Positions 1-7,622 of a DNA stretch of 32,000 nucleotides are shown here, in pieces. Both the position numbers and the translations under genes were made by a program. The notes below the pieces were generated by a model, which saw nothing but the letters and a program-made list of their open reading frames with translations, was not told the origin of the DNA and made no database searches. Source of the DNA: Thermococcus kodakarensis KOD1 (GTDB lineage Archaea; Methanobacteriota_B; Thermococci; Thermococcales; Thermococcaceae); the NCBI RefSeq assembly GCF_000009965.1, contig NC_006624.1, forward strand, positions 1,020,001-1,052,000, read 5' to 3'. Position 1 is the first letter of the stretch, and each line of letters opens with the position of its first letter.

Positions 1-656
1 ACAAGGAAAAGCCAATTGAAATAGCAGAAAGATCAGGAATGCCTTTCTATGCAGTCCTTAACTCACAAGTCTCAATAGCTCCATACAAAGTTGGTTGGAA
101 ACATATATCCGGAGCTATAAGCGGAAAAGCCCAATTGGATGTTTTCGTGATACCAACTTTACAGGACAAACCAATGATTCCAACTCATGGCATTATGCAC
201 ATTCCCACATCCTCAGAAGACGAAGCCCACTACATCGCCTCGATACTCAACTCCACAATAGCCCGCTTTATCGTTGCCAGCTATGGCCTCGAGGTCCACA
301 TAACAACTGACGTTCCAAAGAGAATTTACATTCCGACCTTCGACCCATCTAACCAACTCCACCTCGAACTCGCGGAGCTTTCAAAGAAGGCGCACGAAAT
401 AGCGAAGGAAAAGTACGAACTCCTTGACCGGATAAAGTCCCTCAAGAAGTCCCTGAAGGGCACCAGAGGCGAGGAGAGGAAGAGAATAAAGGACGAGATT
501 AGGGAACTCGAAGAAGAACTCGCCGAGGTTGAGAAGAAGCTTGGGGAAGTCGAGAAGGAGATAGACGAGAAAGTCGCCGAGCTGTACGGCATAACCTGGG
601 AGGAGCTTGAGGAGATAGAGCGGCTCTACACCGTGCTCATGAACGCCGAACCCTGA
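1..656 (+). CDS. 3' part of an N6-adenine DNA methyltransferase / type IIG restriction-modification enzyme (C-terminal target-recognition region); 5'-truncated by the window edge
   Basis: The frame is open from the window edge: KEKPIEIAERSG precedes the listed Met at 39. 'HYIASILNSTIARFIV', 'RIYIPTF' and a long Glu/Lys coiled coil ending 'LYGITWEELEEIE' match what I associate with TaqI/Eco57I-like C-terminal specificity regions. The catalytic motifs would lie upstream of the window, so the call is partial. Confidence 0.5.
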   Translation, partial: KEKPIEIAERSGMPFYAVLNSQVSIAPYKVGWKHISGAISGKAQLDVFVIPTLQDKPMIPTHGIMHIPTSSEDEAHYIASILNSTIARFIVASYGLEVHITTDVPKRIYIPTFDPSNQLHLELAELSKKAHEIAKEKYELLDRIKSLKKSLKGTRGEERKRIKDEIRELEEELAEVEKKLGEVEKEIDEKVAELYGITWEELEEIERLYTVLMNAEP

Positions 657-718
657 TAAATAGGGCAGAGAGCAGCGAAGCCGAGAAAAACAGTATGAAA
701 ACCGGAAACTAGCGACTG

Positions 719-740
719 CCTTTTTCTTTTGTTCTGATTT
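719..740 (+). terminator. oligo-T terminator candidate downstream of the RM-like gene
   Basis: T-rich run 'cctttttcttttgttctgattt' lies about 60 nt after the stop at 654-656. Archaeal termination typically uses oligo-T tracts. Confidence 0.4.
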
Positions 741-765
741 GAGCAATCGGAGGAGGGGAGGAGCG

Positions 766-915
766 TCAGGCGACCCACTCAACCTCATAATCAACTGCCC
801 TAAAGTCCCTCATCTTCTTTCTTGCTATTTCCTCTGCCTTCCCAGGGTCGTTGGTCACGACTATGACTTCCTCGGGGAGGGAATCGGTTCTGTAGTAAAC
901 GATCCTCGCGAGCAT
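766..915 (-). CDS. small hypothetical protein, 49 aa (MLARIVYYRTDSLPEEVIVVTNDPGKAEEIARKKMRDFRAVDYEVEWVA); below the ORF-track size cutoff
   Basis: Hand translation of the minus strand: ATG at 915, TGA at 766-768. A strong RBS 'GGAGGTGA' sits 4 nt upstream, the same spacing as the CBS gene at 22471. An in-frame TGA lies 21 nt upstream. A TATA-like 'GCTTTTAAAT' lies about 55 nt upstream on the same strand. Codon usage looks like the host. Confidence 0.5.
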   Translation of the reverse strand: MLARIVYYRTDSLPEEVIVVTNDPGKAEEIARKKMRDFRAVDYEVEWVA

Positions 916-1122
916 GATATCACCTCCAGTTAATCACTCCGAGTGAAAAGCATCAGTTTCAATTTAAAAGCCTTACTGAATAATAAAAGACATCAATGAA
1001 CGAAAATTTTGCTGATTTTGGCAGGATGGATGTACATAAATGTAGTAATGGCTCAAGATGCACATCAGAAGAATCGAAGTAAAAACGTAATGATGCATAA
1101 ATTAAAGAGCTTATGCAAAAAT

Positions 1123-1130
1123 TTTTAAAT
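1123..1130 (+). promoter_or_regulatory. TATA box candidate for the small membrane protein gene
   Basis: 'ttttaaat' lies about 31-38 nt upstream of ATG 1161, consistent with a very short leader. It is flanked upstream by a 7-bp inverted repeat, TGCATAA (1094-1100) / TTATGCA (1111-1117). Confidence 0.35.
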
Positions 1131-1160
1131 TCTTCGATTTCTACTGAAAGACGTGGTACT

Positions 1161-1562
1161 ATGAAAAATAAGAACAATGACCTAGAAATAATACTGAGCA
1201 TGATAAACGTACTAATTGGAGCCTTTGGAATCATAACCATTCCTGCAATGGTCTCGCAGCTTTACCTGTATTATGTGCTAGAGAAAGGAGGAAGAGAGTT
1301 CACAAGAGAGGGCGTCCTCGGCGGATTTATAGCGCTCAACGGACTGCTGGCATTGGCGGTACGCTCGAATGATGGGATGTTCTCAGAGGTGGCAATCCTC
1401 GCGACTGCGATGGCAACCATCGCGTTTTTATTGTACGCGGTGCATCTTGAAGTGGTGTGGAACCATGAAGTTCGCGGGGATCAGCCTCAACGAGCCGAGG
1501 ATAATGGGAGTGATAAACATCTCTCCAGAGAGCTTCTACAAGGGAAGCGTCAGAAACGATGA
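1161..1562 (+). CDS. small membrane protein (about 3 TM helices), 133 aa; start chosen at MKNKNN
   Basis: Hydrophobic segments are 'IILSMINVLIGAFGIITIPAMV', 'VLGGFIALNGLLALAV' and 'VAILATAMATIAFLLYAV'. ATG 1161 follows the TATA-like box. The 3' 98 nt overlap folP in another frame, so the true C-terminus is uncertain. Confidence 0.45.
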   Translation: MKNKNNDLEIILSMINVLIGAFGIITIPAMVSQLYLYYVLEKGGREFTREGVLGGFIALNGLLALAVRSNDGMFSEVAILATAMATIAFLLYAVHLEVVWNHEVRGDQPQRAEDNGSDKHLSRELLQGKRQKR

Positions 1563-2283
1563 AGAAAAGCTGATAGAAACTGCTCTGAGAATGGTGGAAG
1601 AGGGAGCGAGCTTCATTGACATTGGGGCAAAGTCCACGGCTCCCTATCTAGAGACCCAGATACCGGTTGAAGAAGAGATTAGAAGGGCGGTCTGGGCAGT
1701 GAAAACGATCCGCAACCACGTTGACGTTCCCATAAGCATTGACACAACAAACGCGAAGGTCGCGGAAGAGGCCATAAAAGCTGGCGCTGATATAATCAAC
1801 GACGTAACTGGCCTGAAAGGGGATCCCGAGATGCCCAAAGTCGCCGCTGACTACGGTACCCCCGTTGTCCTCTGCGCCCACGGTGAGGTAAGGAACCTCA
1901 GCGATCCGGTTCGCACCGTCATGGACTTCCTTCAGGAAAGCCTCAGGATAGCCGAAAGACACGGGATTGAAGACGTTGCAGTTGATCCTGCCATCGGCTT
2001 TCTACGCCCCGAATGGCCGCCGTGGTACGTCTGGGACTCAAAGGTCATAGCCAACCTCAACCTGCTTAAGTCCCTTGGGAAGCCAATTCTGGTAGGTGTC
2101 TCGAGAAAGTCTTTCATCGGTGCAATAACAGGAAGGCAAGACCCCTCGGAGAGACTGGCAGGTAGTCTATCTGCAACGGCCATAGCGGTGCTGAAAGGGG
2201 CAGACATAATACGCACCCATGATGTCAAGGAGACAATAGATACAGTTAAGGTCGCCAGCTTCATCAGGAAGTTCTCTCCTTGA
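1465..2283 (+). CDS. folP: dihydropteroate synthase (pterin-binding domain protein)
   Basis: 'IMGVINISPESFY', 'FIDIGAKSTAP', 'ISIDTTNAKVAEEAIKAGADIINDVTGL', 'DPAIGF', 'LVGVSRKSFIG' and 'GADIIRTHDV' are the classic DHPS motif series. The start is set at MKFAGISLNEPRIMG (ATG 1465) rather than the upstream out-of-context Met at 1369. Confidence 0.85.
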   Translation: MKFAGISLNEPRIMGVINISPESFYKGSVRNDEEKLIETALRMVEEGASFIDIGAKSTAPYLETQIPVEEEIRRAVWAVKTIRNHVDVPISIDTTNAKVAEEAIKAGADIINDVTGLKGDPEMPKVAADYGTPVVLCAHGEVRNLSDPVRTVMDFLQESLRIAERHGIEDVAVDPAIGFLRPEWPPWYVWDSKVIANLNLLKSLGKPILVGVSRKSFIGAITGRQDPSERLAGSLSATAIAVLKGADIIRTHDVKETIDTVKVASFIRKFSP

Positions 2284-3259
2284 TTTCCTTCCACTCTTCT
2301 ACGAGGGTCTTCAGAAGGCCGAGTGAGACGGGACCGATTATTATCCCAACGAACCCAAAGGCTATGTATCCGCCGATGAAACCCAGGAGGCTTATGATAG
2401 CGTTTACTCCCCACTTCAAACGGCTTATCTTATCCCTCAGCAGGATATCAGGAAGGGGCGAAACAAGGGAGAACCCAAGAACCGCCAGAAGGACACCTGA
2501 AAGGATGTGGCCCTGATTGATCAGATAGGCAACACCACCAACCCAAACGATCCAGCCGCCAACGACGGGAAGAAGCTCGATTACCACCGTTAGGATTCCA
2601 GCGGCAACGGCACCACCCACGTCAGAGATTCCGAAGACCCTGAAAAACAGGGCCATTAATATGCCCTTCCCAACACCGACGAGCAGCCAGCCCCTAAGAA
2701 CTATGTGGAGCGTTTCTGCCCCACTGTCTATCAGTTTTCTGGCAAGGTCCCTGTTGGTTGGGGGAATTAAAGAGTAAACCTCCTGTTTTATGGCGTCGGC
2801 GTTCACAAGGATGCCGTAGAACGAGAACACAGTAACGATAACCTGCAGAAGCAGTGTGGGGAGTGAGTAGGTGTACCCAAGGACGTAGCTGTTAAACCTC
2901 TGGGAGATGCCGAGTGAAATTCTCTGGAGGACTTCGTAGGCGGATGGGGGCAGGTTTAAGCCAAGAAGCCAGCCAACAAAGGTGTCAACGTAGTTCGCCA
3001 GGGAGTATTTAACGTCGTTTATGAGGAGGGCGAAGCCAAAGACAAACAGAAGGGAAACCACTGTCAAAATCCCCGTTAGGGTAAGTGCCGACCACCGTCC
3101 CCCAATTTTTCCTTCAAGGCGCTCATGGACGGGATAGAGGATGTAGGCTGTAGTCGCGGCTATTATAATTGGTGAGAGAATTGGGCTGATCGTTTCCCAC
3201 GTCAGGTAAAGAACCCCGAGGGAGACGGCAACCCACACTGCAGTTTCAACTCTCATCAA
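2264..3259 (-). CDS. AI-2E family (PerM/UPF0118) transporter
   Basis: 331-aa polytopic membrane protein with family-typical layout. Its N-terminal TM pair is followed by 'AYILYPVHERL', and the C-terminal half is Gly-rich ('LLPVVGGWIVWVGG'). The last 20 nt overlap the convergent folP 3' end. Confidence 0.75.
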   Translation of the reverse strand: MMRVETAVWVAVSLGVLYLTWETISPILSPIIIAATTAYILYPVHERLEGKIGGRWSALTLTGILTVVSLLFVFGFALLINDVKYSLANYVDTFVGWLLGLNLPPSAYEVLQRISLGISQRFNSYVLGYTYSLPTLLLQVIVTVFSFYGILVNADAIKQEVYSLIPPTNRDLARKLIDSGAETLHIVLRGWLLVGVGKGILMALFFRVFGISDVGGAVAAGILTVVIELLPVVGGWIVWVGGVAYLINQGHILSGVLLAVLGFSLVSPLPDILLRDKISRLKWGVNAIISLLGFIGGYIAFGFVGIIIGPVSLGLLKTLVEEWKEIKERTS

Positions 3260-3725
3260 GCATCCCCATGTATTTCAGTATCAGTTCTCTTACCGAGGGC
3301 TTGTTGAAAATGAACAGGTAACCCCGCTCATCGAGTATGAAGTTCTTCCCAAGGGCGAGGAGGCCCTTTCCAAGCTTTGCAACCTCGGCCTTTTCAAAGT
3401 CTATGAGCTCTTTAACCTCCGCAGGAGCATCTATCTCAGAGAGGACTTTTTCGAGCCTGTTGAGGATGCTCTGGTTAAGGAACTTCACGGGGGCAAGGCG
3501 AGGTTCTTCACCGCGTATCTCCGAGGCATCCATATAGATTCCCCAGAACTCCTTGGCACATTCAAAGGGATAGACGTAGTCTTCTCCGTAGTCAGGGAGA
3601 TAGAGCTCGCGTATAACTGCGAGGAGAAGCCTCCTGGCGTCCTTTCCATAGTACTCTATCCTGAGGTTGAACTTCCCGTCCTCAAAGCCGTTTTCAAACA
3701 CCTCAAGCTTCTCCTCGCACAGCAT
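3246..3725 (-). CDS. conserved-looking acidic cytosolic protein of unknown function (159 aa)
   Basis: The ORF is wedged between sppA (TGA immediately followed by this ATG) and the AI-2E transporter (14-nt overlap). Codon usage is host-like. I recognise no motif. Confidence 0.65.
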   Translation of the reverse strand: MLCEEKLEVFENGFEDGKFNLRIEYYGKDARRLLLAVIRELYLPDYGEDYVYPFECAKEFWGIYMDASEIRGEEPRLAPVKFLNQSILNRLEKVLSEIDAPAEVKELIDFEKAEVAKLGKGLLALGKNFILDERGYLFIFNKPSVRELILKYMGMLDES

Positions 3726-4730
3726 TCAACCACCCCCAATGAGGGGAGTGAGGTAGCGAGGGTCTATGTAGAGGGCAGTGCTCCCGTAGACCCCAAACTC
3801 CTCGGGGGTCTCAAGGTCCTTGTACACCACAACCTTTGCACCGCTAACGTTCATTAACTTTTCGAGGACATCTATGGCAGTGTCCATACCCCCAAGCTCG
3901 TCGACGAGGGCTCCAGTAACGTTCTCAGCGAACCACGTCTCTCCTGTTGAGAAGTTTTTGACTTCATCAATGGTCATGTTGCGCCCCTCGCTCACTGCGC
4001 TGATAAACGCCTGGAAGTAAGTGTTCACCATCTCCGTTATCTTCTCGCGTTCTTCTGGCGTTAAATCTCTCCACTCGGCCCCCATGTCCTTGTGTTTACC
4101 AGTTTTGAATACATTTACCTTTATCCCATTCATCTCGTAGTTCTTCTCCAGGTCGTAGTGAACGTAGATAACTCCGATGCTTCCGACCTCAGCCAGCGGG
4201 CTGGCCACTATCTTCTGAGCCCCAACTGCTATGTAGTATCCCCCTGATGCTATGATATCCCCGCTGTAAGCGACGACTGGTTTAACTAAAGACAACTTTT
4301 TGATTTCGGAGTGTATGTTAATAACAGGCCCAACTACGCCACCGGGACTTTCAATCCAGAGGAGAACCCCACCAACGGACTCGTTCATGGCCAGGTTCCT
4401 CAAAAGCGGGATGACCTGGAGGGCCGTGTAGTCGTCTATGATTCCAAATATTGGAACCACGGCGATGGTTGTGCCGCCCTGGTTAGATGAAACGAGTCTC
4501 TGCAGGAAAGCGATTTGATCCCTCAGCTCGGCAACTTCGGTGCTGGTAGTGTTAACACTGCCTTCACACACGAGCGTAAAGTTTGAGGGAGTTTCTATGA
4601 CAAAGCCCGTTTGATTGGCAGGAACAGCGGGGGGATTGACCTGGTAGTAGAGAACCGCGACGCTCACGATTGATAGGGCCAGCAGAAGCGTTAGAACGGC
4701 CGAGACGTACTTCCATATCCGATCGTCCAT
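3726..4730 (-). CDS. sppA: signal peptide peptidase SppA (S49 family, 36K type)
   Basis: An N-terminal TM anchor is followed by 'LLWIESPGGVVGP', 'AYSGDIIASGGYYIAVGAQKI', 'GSIGV' and 'KTGKHKDMG', which are S49/ClpP-fold SppA motifs. Confidence 0.85.
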   Translation of the reverse strand: MDDRIWKYVSAVLTLLLALSIVSVAVLYYQVNPPAVPANQTGFVIETPSNFTLVCEGSVNTTSTEVAELRDQIAFLQRLVSSNQGGTTIAVVPIFGIIDDYTALQVIPLLRNLAMNESVGGVLLWIESPGGVVGPVINIHSEIKKLSLVKPVVAYSGDIIASGGYYIAVGAQKIVASPLAEVGSIGVIYVHYDLEKNYEMNGIKVNVFKTGKHKDMGAEWRDLTPEEREKITEMVNTYFQAFISAVSEGRNMTIDEVKNFSTGETWFAENVTGALVDELGGMDTAIDVLEKLMNVSGAKVVVYKDLETPEEFGVYGSTALYIDPRYLTPLIGGG

Positions 4731-4821
4731 TTTCCCACCCTCAAGTTGTGCACGCGTGAACTTTTAAACCTGTCCCAGAACGGACAAACTTTTATATCCA
4801 TTCTGGCGACTTCAGAGTTAG

Positions 4822-5637
4822 GTGATACCCGTGGAGATAGGAGTGACCATCTACCCGCACTTCATCACAAAGGACAAGAGCCTCGCATCGATTCTGGCGG
4901 ACATAAAAATCAAGGACTACGACTTCGTTTCACTGTTCCCGCACACTCTAGGCCTGATAAAGAACGGTGTTGTAGTTGAGAAGAAGCTCCGCAGCCTTGA
5001 AACCACCCTCAAAGGAGTGGGAATAAACTACATCATCAGGATGCCCACCTCAATGAACCTCAGGGACCACGTCTACCACAGCAGGCACTTCAGGGTGGCA
5101 AGGGCGGTTGCAGACGTAGCCATAAAGCTCGGTGCAAAGGTCATCGTCATGCAGAGCGGAAAAACTGGAAGGCTGGACCTCGAAATAGAGGCCCTTCAGA
5201 GCCTCGCCGACATGCTGAAGCCCTTCGACATCAAGATAGCCCTTGAGAACACCTTCAGCGTCAAGGACACGCTCTACGTCGTCGAAAACGTGAACAGGGA
5301 CAACGTTGGCTTTGCCCTTGATGTTGCCCACGCATTCTTGAGCGCCCAGGGCAACGAGGAGAAGCTCCTCGACGACGTCAAGCTCGGAACGGACAAAACG
5401 ATAATCCTCATGGTGCACGACAACTTTGGAAAGCTCTTCCCGCAGGTCGAGCCGGAGGATGCCCTGGCGTACGGAGTCGGTGACCTCCACCTCCTTCCTG
5501 GAGAAGGCAAGATACCCTTCGGAAAGGTTCTGAAGCTCTTCGGCGACGTGCCGATACTCCTGAAGGTCAAAGACCCCGAGAAGTTCCCGAAGATACCGAC
5601 GAAGCAGGGTCTCATAGACCTGCTCCTCAGTCTTTGA
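4822..5637 (+). CDS. sugar phosphate isomerase/epimerase (xylose isomerase-like TIM barrel, AP endonuclease 2 family)
   Basis: 'KIALENTF', '[11 protein letters not shown]', 'MVHDNFG' and '[14 protein letters not shown]' are typical metal-ligand strands of this TIM-barrel family. GTG start at 4822; a TATA-like 'cttttatat' lies about 30 nt upstream. Confidence 0.75.
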   Translation: MIPVEIGVTIYPHFITKDKSLASILADIKIKDYDFVSLFPHTLGLIKNGVVVEKKLRSLETTLKGVGINYIIRMPTSMNLRDHVYHSRHFRVARAVADVAIKLGAKVIVMQSGKTGRLDLEIEALQSLADMLKPFDIKIALENTFSVKDTLYVVENVNRDNVGFALDVAHAFLSAQGNEEKLLDDVKLGTDKTIILMVHDNFGKLFPQVEPEDALAYGVGDLHLLPGEGKIPFGKVLKLFGDVPILLKVKDPEKFPKIPTKQGLIDLLLSL

Positions 5638-6031
5638 GTCCAAGTCTCTTTCCTATTTCTTCGTACAGGACGGCAAAGGCCTTTCCTATTGTCTCTTTCT
5701 TTCTCGTGAAGTGCGTGACGTCATCATCGAGGTTCTGGCTGAGTATCTCAACTGCCTCCTCGATTGTTATCTTCTTCTCCAGCCAGGCGTAGGCAAAGAG
5801 GGCCTCGGCAATGTCTCCCTTGCCGTGTTTGTCCGTTCTGGGGGGTATGATGTGCCTGAGTCCTGCCATCTCAAGCGCGATGGCGAGGGATGCGTTTGGA
5901 ACCCGCTCTCCCGTGGGCTTACCGAGGTACTCACTTAAGGCAAGAGAAAAGACGAGGTTGATGAGGGAGTCGCCGAGCTTGGCGAGCCCCTTGTCGGTGA
6001 AGTCCCTCGTGTAGGAGATCAACTCCATCAC
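5627..6031 (-). CDS. RNase III-domain-only protein (mini-RNase III-like, archaeal COG1939-type)
   Basis: '[14 protein letters not shown]' resembles the RNase III signature (xxLEFLGDxVL). '[14 protein letters not shown]' resembles the second catalytic-acid region (ADxFEALIGA). There is no dsRBD. The start is either GTG 6031 or ATG 6028, overlapping the rpoL stop. Confidence 0.7.
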   Translation of the reverse strand: MMELISYTRDFTDKGLAKLGDSLINLVFSLALSEYLGKPTGERVPNASLAIALEMAGLRHIIPPRTDKHGKGDIAEALFAYAWLEKKITIEEAVEILSQNLDDDVTHFTRKKETIGKAFAVLYEEIGKRLGLKD

Positions 6032-6312
6032 TCTATAGCCGCTTTCCAGGCCTCAAGGACTTCTCTGGCCCTGTCAAATATCTTCTGCGCCGCCTCTTCG
6101 AGGGCCTTCTCGGGCGTTATTTTTCCGTCGGTAACGACCTTGAAGCGCGGCTTCCTGGCCATCGTTATCGGGTGCTCGATGGTGTATCCTGCAAAGGTAA
6201 CGTGCTCGTTCTCGTGGAGGGTCTCGGTGAGCAGGTTGGCAAAGGTGTGATCCTCTCCCTCAAGATAGAACTCAAGGAGGTTCTCTTCACGCCTTATGAC
6301 CTCAATCCTCAT
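6028..6312 (-). CDS. rpoL: DNA-directed RNA polymerase subunit L (Rpo11)
   Basis: '[17 protein letters not shown]...[12 protein letters not shown]' is the RpoL/Rpb11 signature. The start is set at [11 protein letters not shown] (ATG 6312) behind 'AAGGTGA'. The ORF-track start at 6327 is a TTG further upstream. Confidence 0.85.
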
Positions 6313-6931
6313 TCTCATCACCTTCAAGGGCTTTCAGCAACTCTTCAAGCGCCTGCTCCTTGTTCTTCACGAGTTCGTATTTAAACTTATCTTCCTTCCA
6401 CTCGGCCAGACCCAGCTCAACGAGCCTCTCAAGAACTTCCTCGGGGTCAAGGTCGTAGGCTATTGCAACGGGCAGGACGACCTCCCTTATCTGCCTGGTC
6501 GTCTGAAGGGCTATCTCCGCTAAAGCCTCTCCGAGGCGGGAAGTTACTTCCACAGCCTCCTCCCAGGGCATTGAGGTAACAATCTCGTCGTCCTTTAGCT
6601 CAACCCTTTCGCCTAAGAGCTCAAGGGTTTTGACGATTATGGGAGTTGAGACGCTGGTTCCAGCCTCCCGGAGCAGGTCGTCCACCTTGTAGCGGTAGAG
6701 ACCCATTCTGTCGGGATAGAGCTTTGCCCTGACCCTCGTGTGGATTTCTCGTATCTTCTGAATGGCCTCCCTGATCTCGTCCTTCGTGCCCTGGACGTTT
6801 ATCTTGAGCGAGTCCAGCTTGCCGTGAACGTAGATGAACGCTGGAAGACGGAGCCTCTGGAGTTCCCTCATGAACTCCTCCTTCTCCCTGTCGTCCCTAA
6901 CGTGGATCGTTATAACCCTCTTGGCCCTCAT
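6302..6931 (-). CDS. conserved archaeal protein of unknown function located between csl4 and rpoL (DUF2067-like, from memory)
   Basis: 209-aa ORF whose ATG overlaps the csl4 stop (ATGA). Its position in the csl4-rpoL cluster matches the conserved archaeal exosome/RNAP superoperon. Confidence 0.7.
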   Translation of the reverse strand: MRAKRVITIHVRDDREKEEFMRELQRLRLPAFIYVHGKLDSLKINVQGTKDEIREAIQKIREIHTRVRAKLYPDRMGLYRYKVDDLLREAGTSVSTPIIVKTLELLGERVELKDDEIVTSMPWEEAVEVTSRLGEALAEIALQTTRQIREVVLPVAIAYDLDPEEVLERLVELGLAEWKEDKFKYELVKNKEQALEELLKALEGDENED

Positions 6932-7524
6932 AGAGACACCTTCAGTTTTCTATACAGTGATGAAAGCTTTCTCGTCTCGACGTTTCCACAGCGCGGGCAG
7001 ATAAGCTTGTCGCCGCGCCTTATCAGCGGCGTCCTGCAGCGGGAGCAGAGGGCATAGACGACACCCAGATCAGGACCCTTCGTACTCAGCTGTATCGGAC
7101 TCTTCTCGTTGGCGATTACCCTCGCCCTTATTACGTCCCCAATCTTAAACTCCTTGGTGATGTCCTCGACGAAGCCCTCCTTTATCTCGGAGATGTGTAT
7201 CCCTGCTAGCTTTGAAGTGGCTATCTCCCTGTCGTTCTCCCTGCCCTCAATGCTGATGATCTGGACTATTACGGCCTGAGGCTTCACCTCAACGACCCTA
7301 CCTATGACCACGTCTCCAACCCTGGGAAGCGGCGGGACGTCGGTTACGGGTTCAACGCTTATCTCCATTTTGTCGGAGTCTATTCTTACTTTACCAGCCC
7401 TAGTGGCGTAAAGCTCACCGTTCTCCTCCCTGACACCATCTCCAGGAAGGAACTCCTCGATAACACCAAGATAATCCCCGGGCAGTACGAGGTCGCCGTT
7501 CTTCACGGTCTTTTTCTCATCCAT
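6928..7524 (-). CDS. csl4: exosome complex RNA-binding subunit Csl4
   Basis: N-terminal '[19 protein letters not shown]', a central S1 domain ('[20 protein letters not shown]') and a C-terminal zinc ribbon ('CSRCRTPL...LICPRCG'). RBS GGAGGTGGGAGG lies upstream. Confidence 0.85.
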   Translation of the reverse strand: MDEKKTVKNGDLVLPGDYLGVIEEFLPGDGVREENGELYATRAGKVRIDSDKMEISVEPVTDVPPLPRVGDVVIGRVVEVKPQAVIVQIISIEGRENDREIATSKLAGIHISEIKEGFVEDITKEFKIGDVIRARVIANEKSPIQLSTKGPDLGVVYALCSRCRTPLIRRGDKLICPRCGNVETRKLSSLYRKLKVSL

Positions 7525-7622
7525 CCTCCCACCTCCGAAAAGTTTCCAGCGAGGATTTTTTAAGCCTTCCCTTTGGGAAAACTTTTAGTAATCTGCCGAC
7601 GATGTCTTGGTGGTGGTTAAGA

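Noticed and set aside
5050-5643. 197-aa minus-strand ORF (and the 113-aa ORF at 5274-5615) antisense to the TIM-barrel gene
   Set aside because: It lies entirely inside a well-supported plus-strand gene. It has no RBS, a biased low-complexity composition (Val/Glu/Leu/Asp-rich mirror of the sense codons) and no recognisable motifs. Long antisense ORFs are expected in GC-rich coding DNA.
7602-7622. Upstream ATG 7602 (MSWWWLR...) as the thrS start
   Set aside because: The Thermococcales ThrRS N-terminus is 'MR(M/I)LLIHSDY'. ATG 7623 has the GGTGGTGG RBS, and the TATA-like box at about 7578-7593 would place the TSS near or after 7602.
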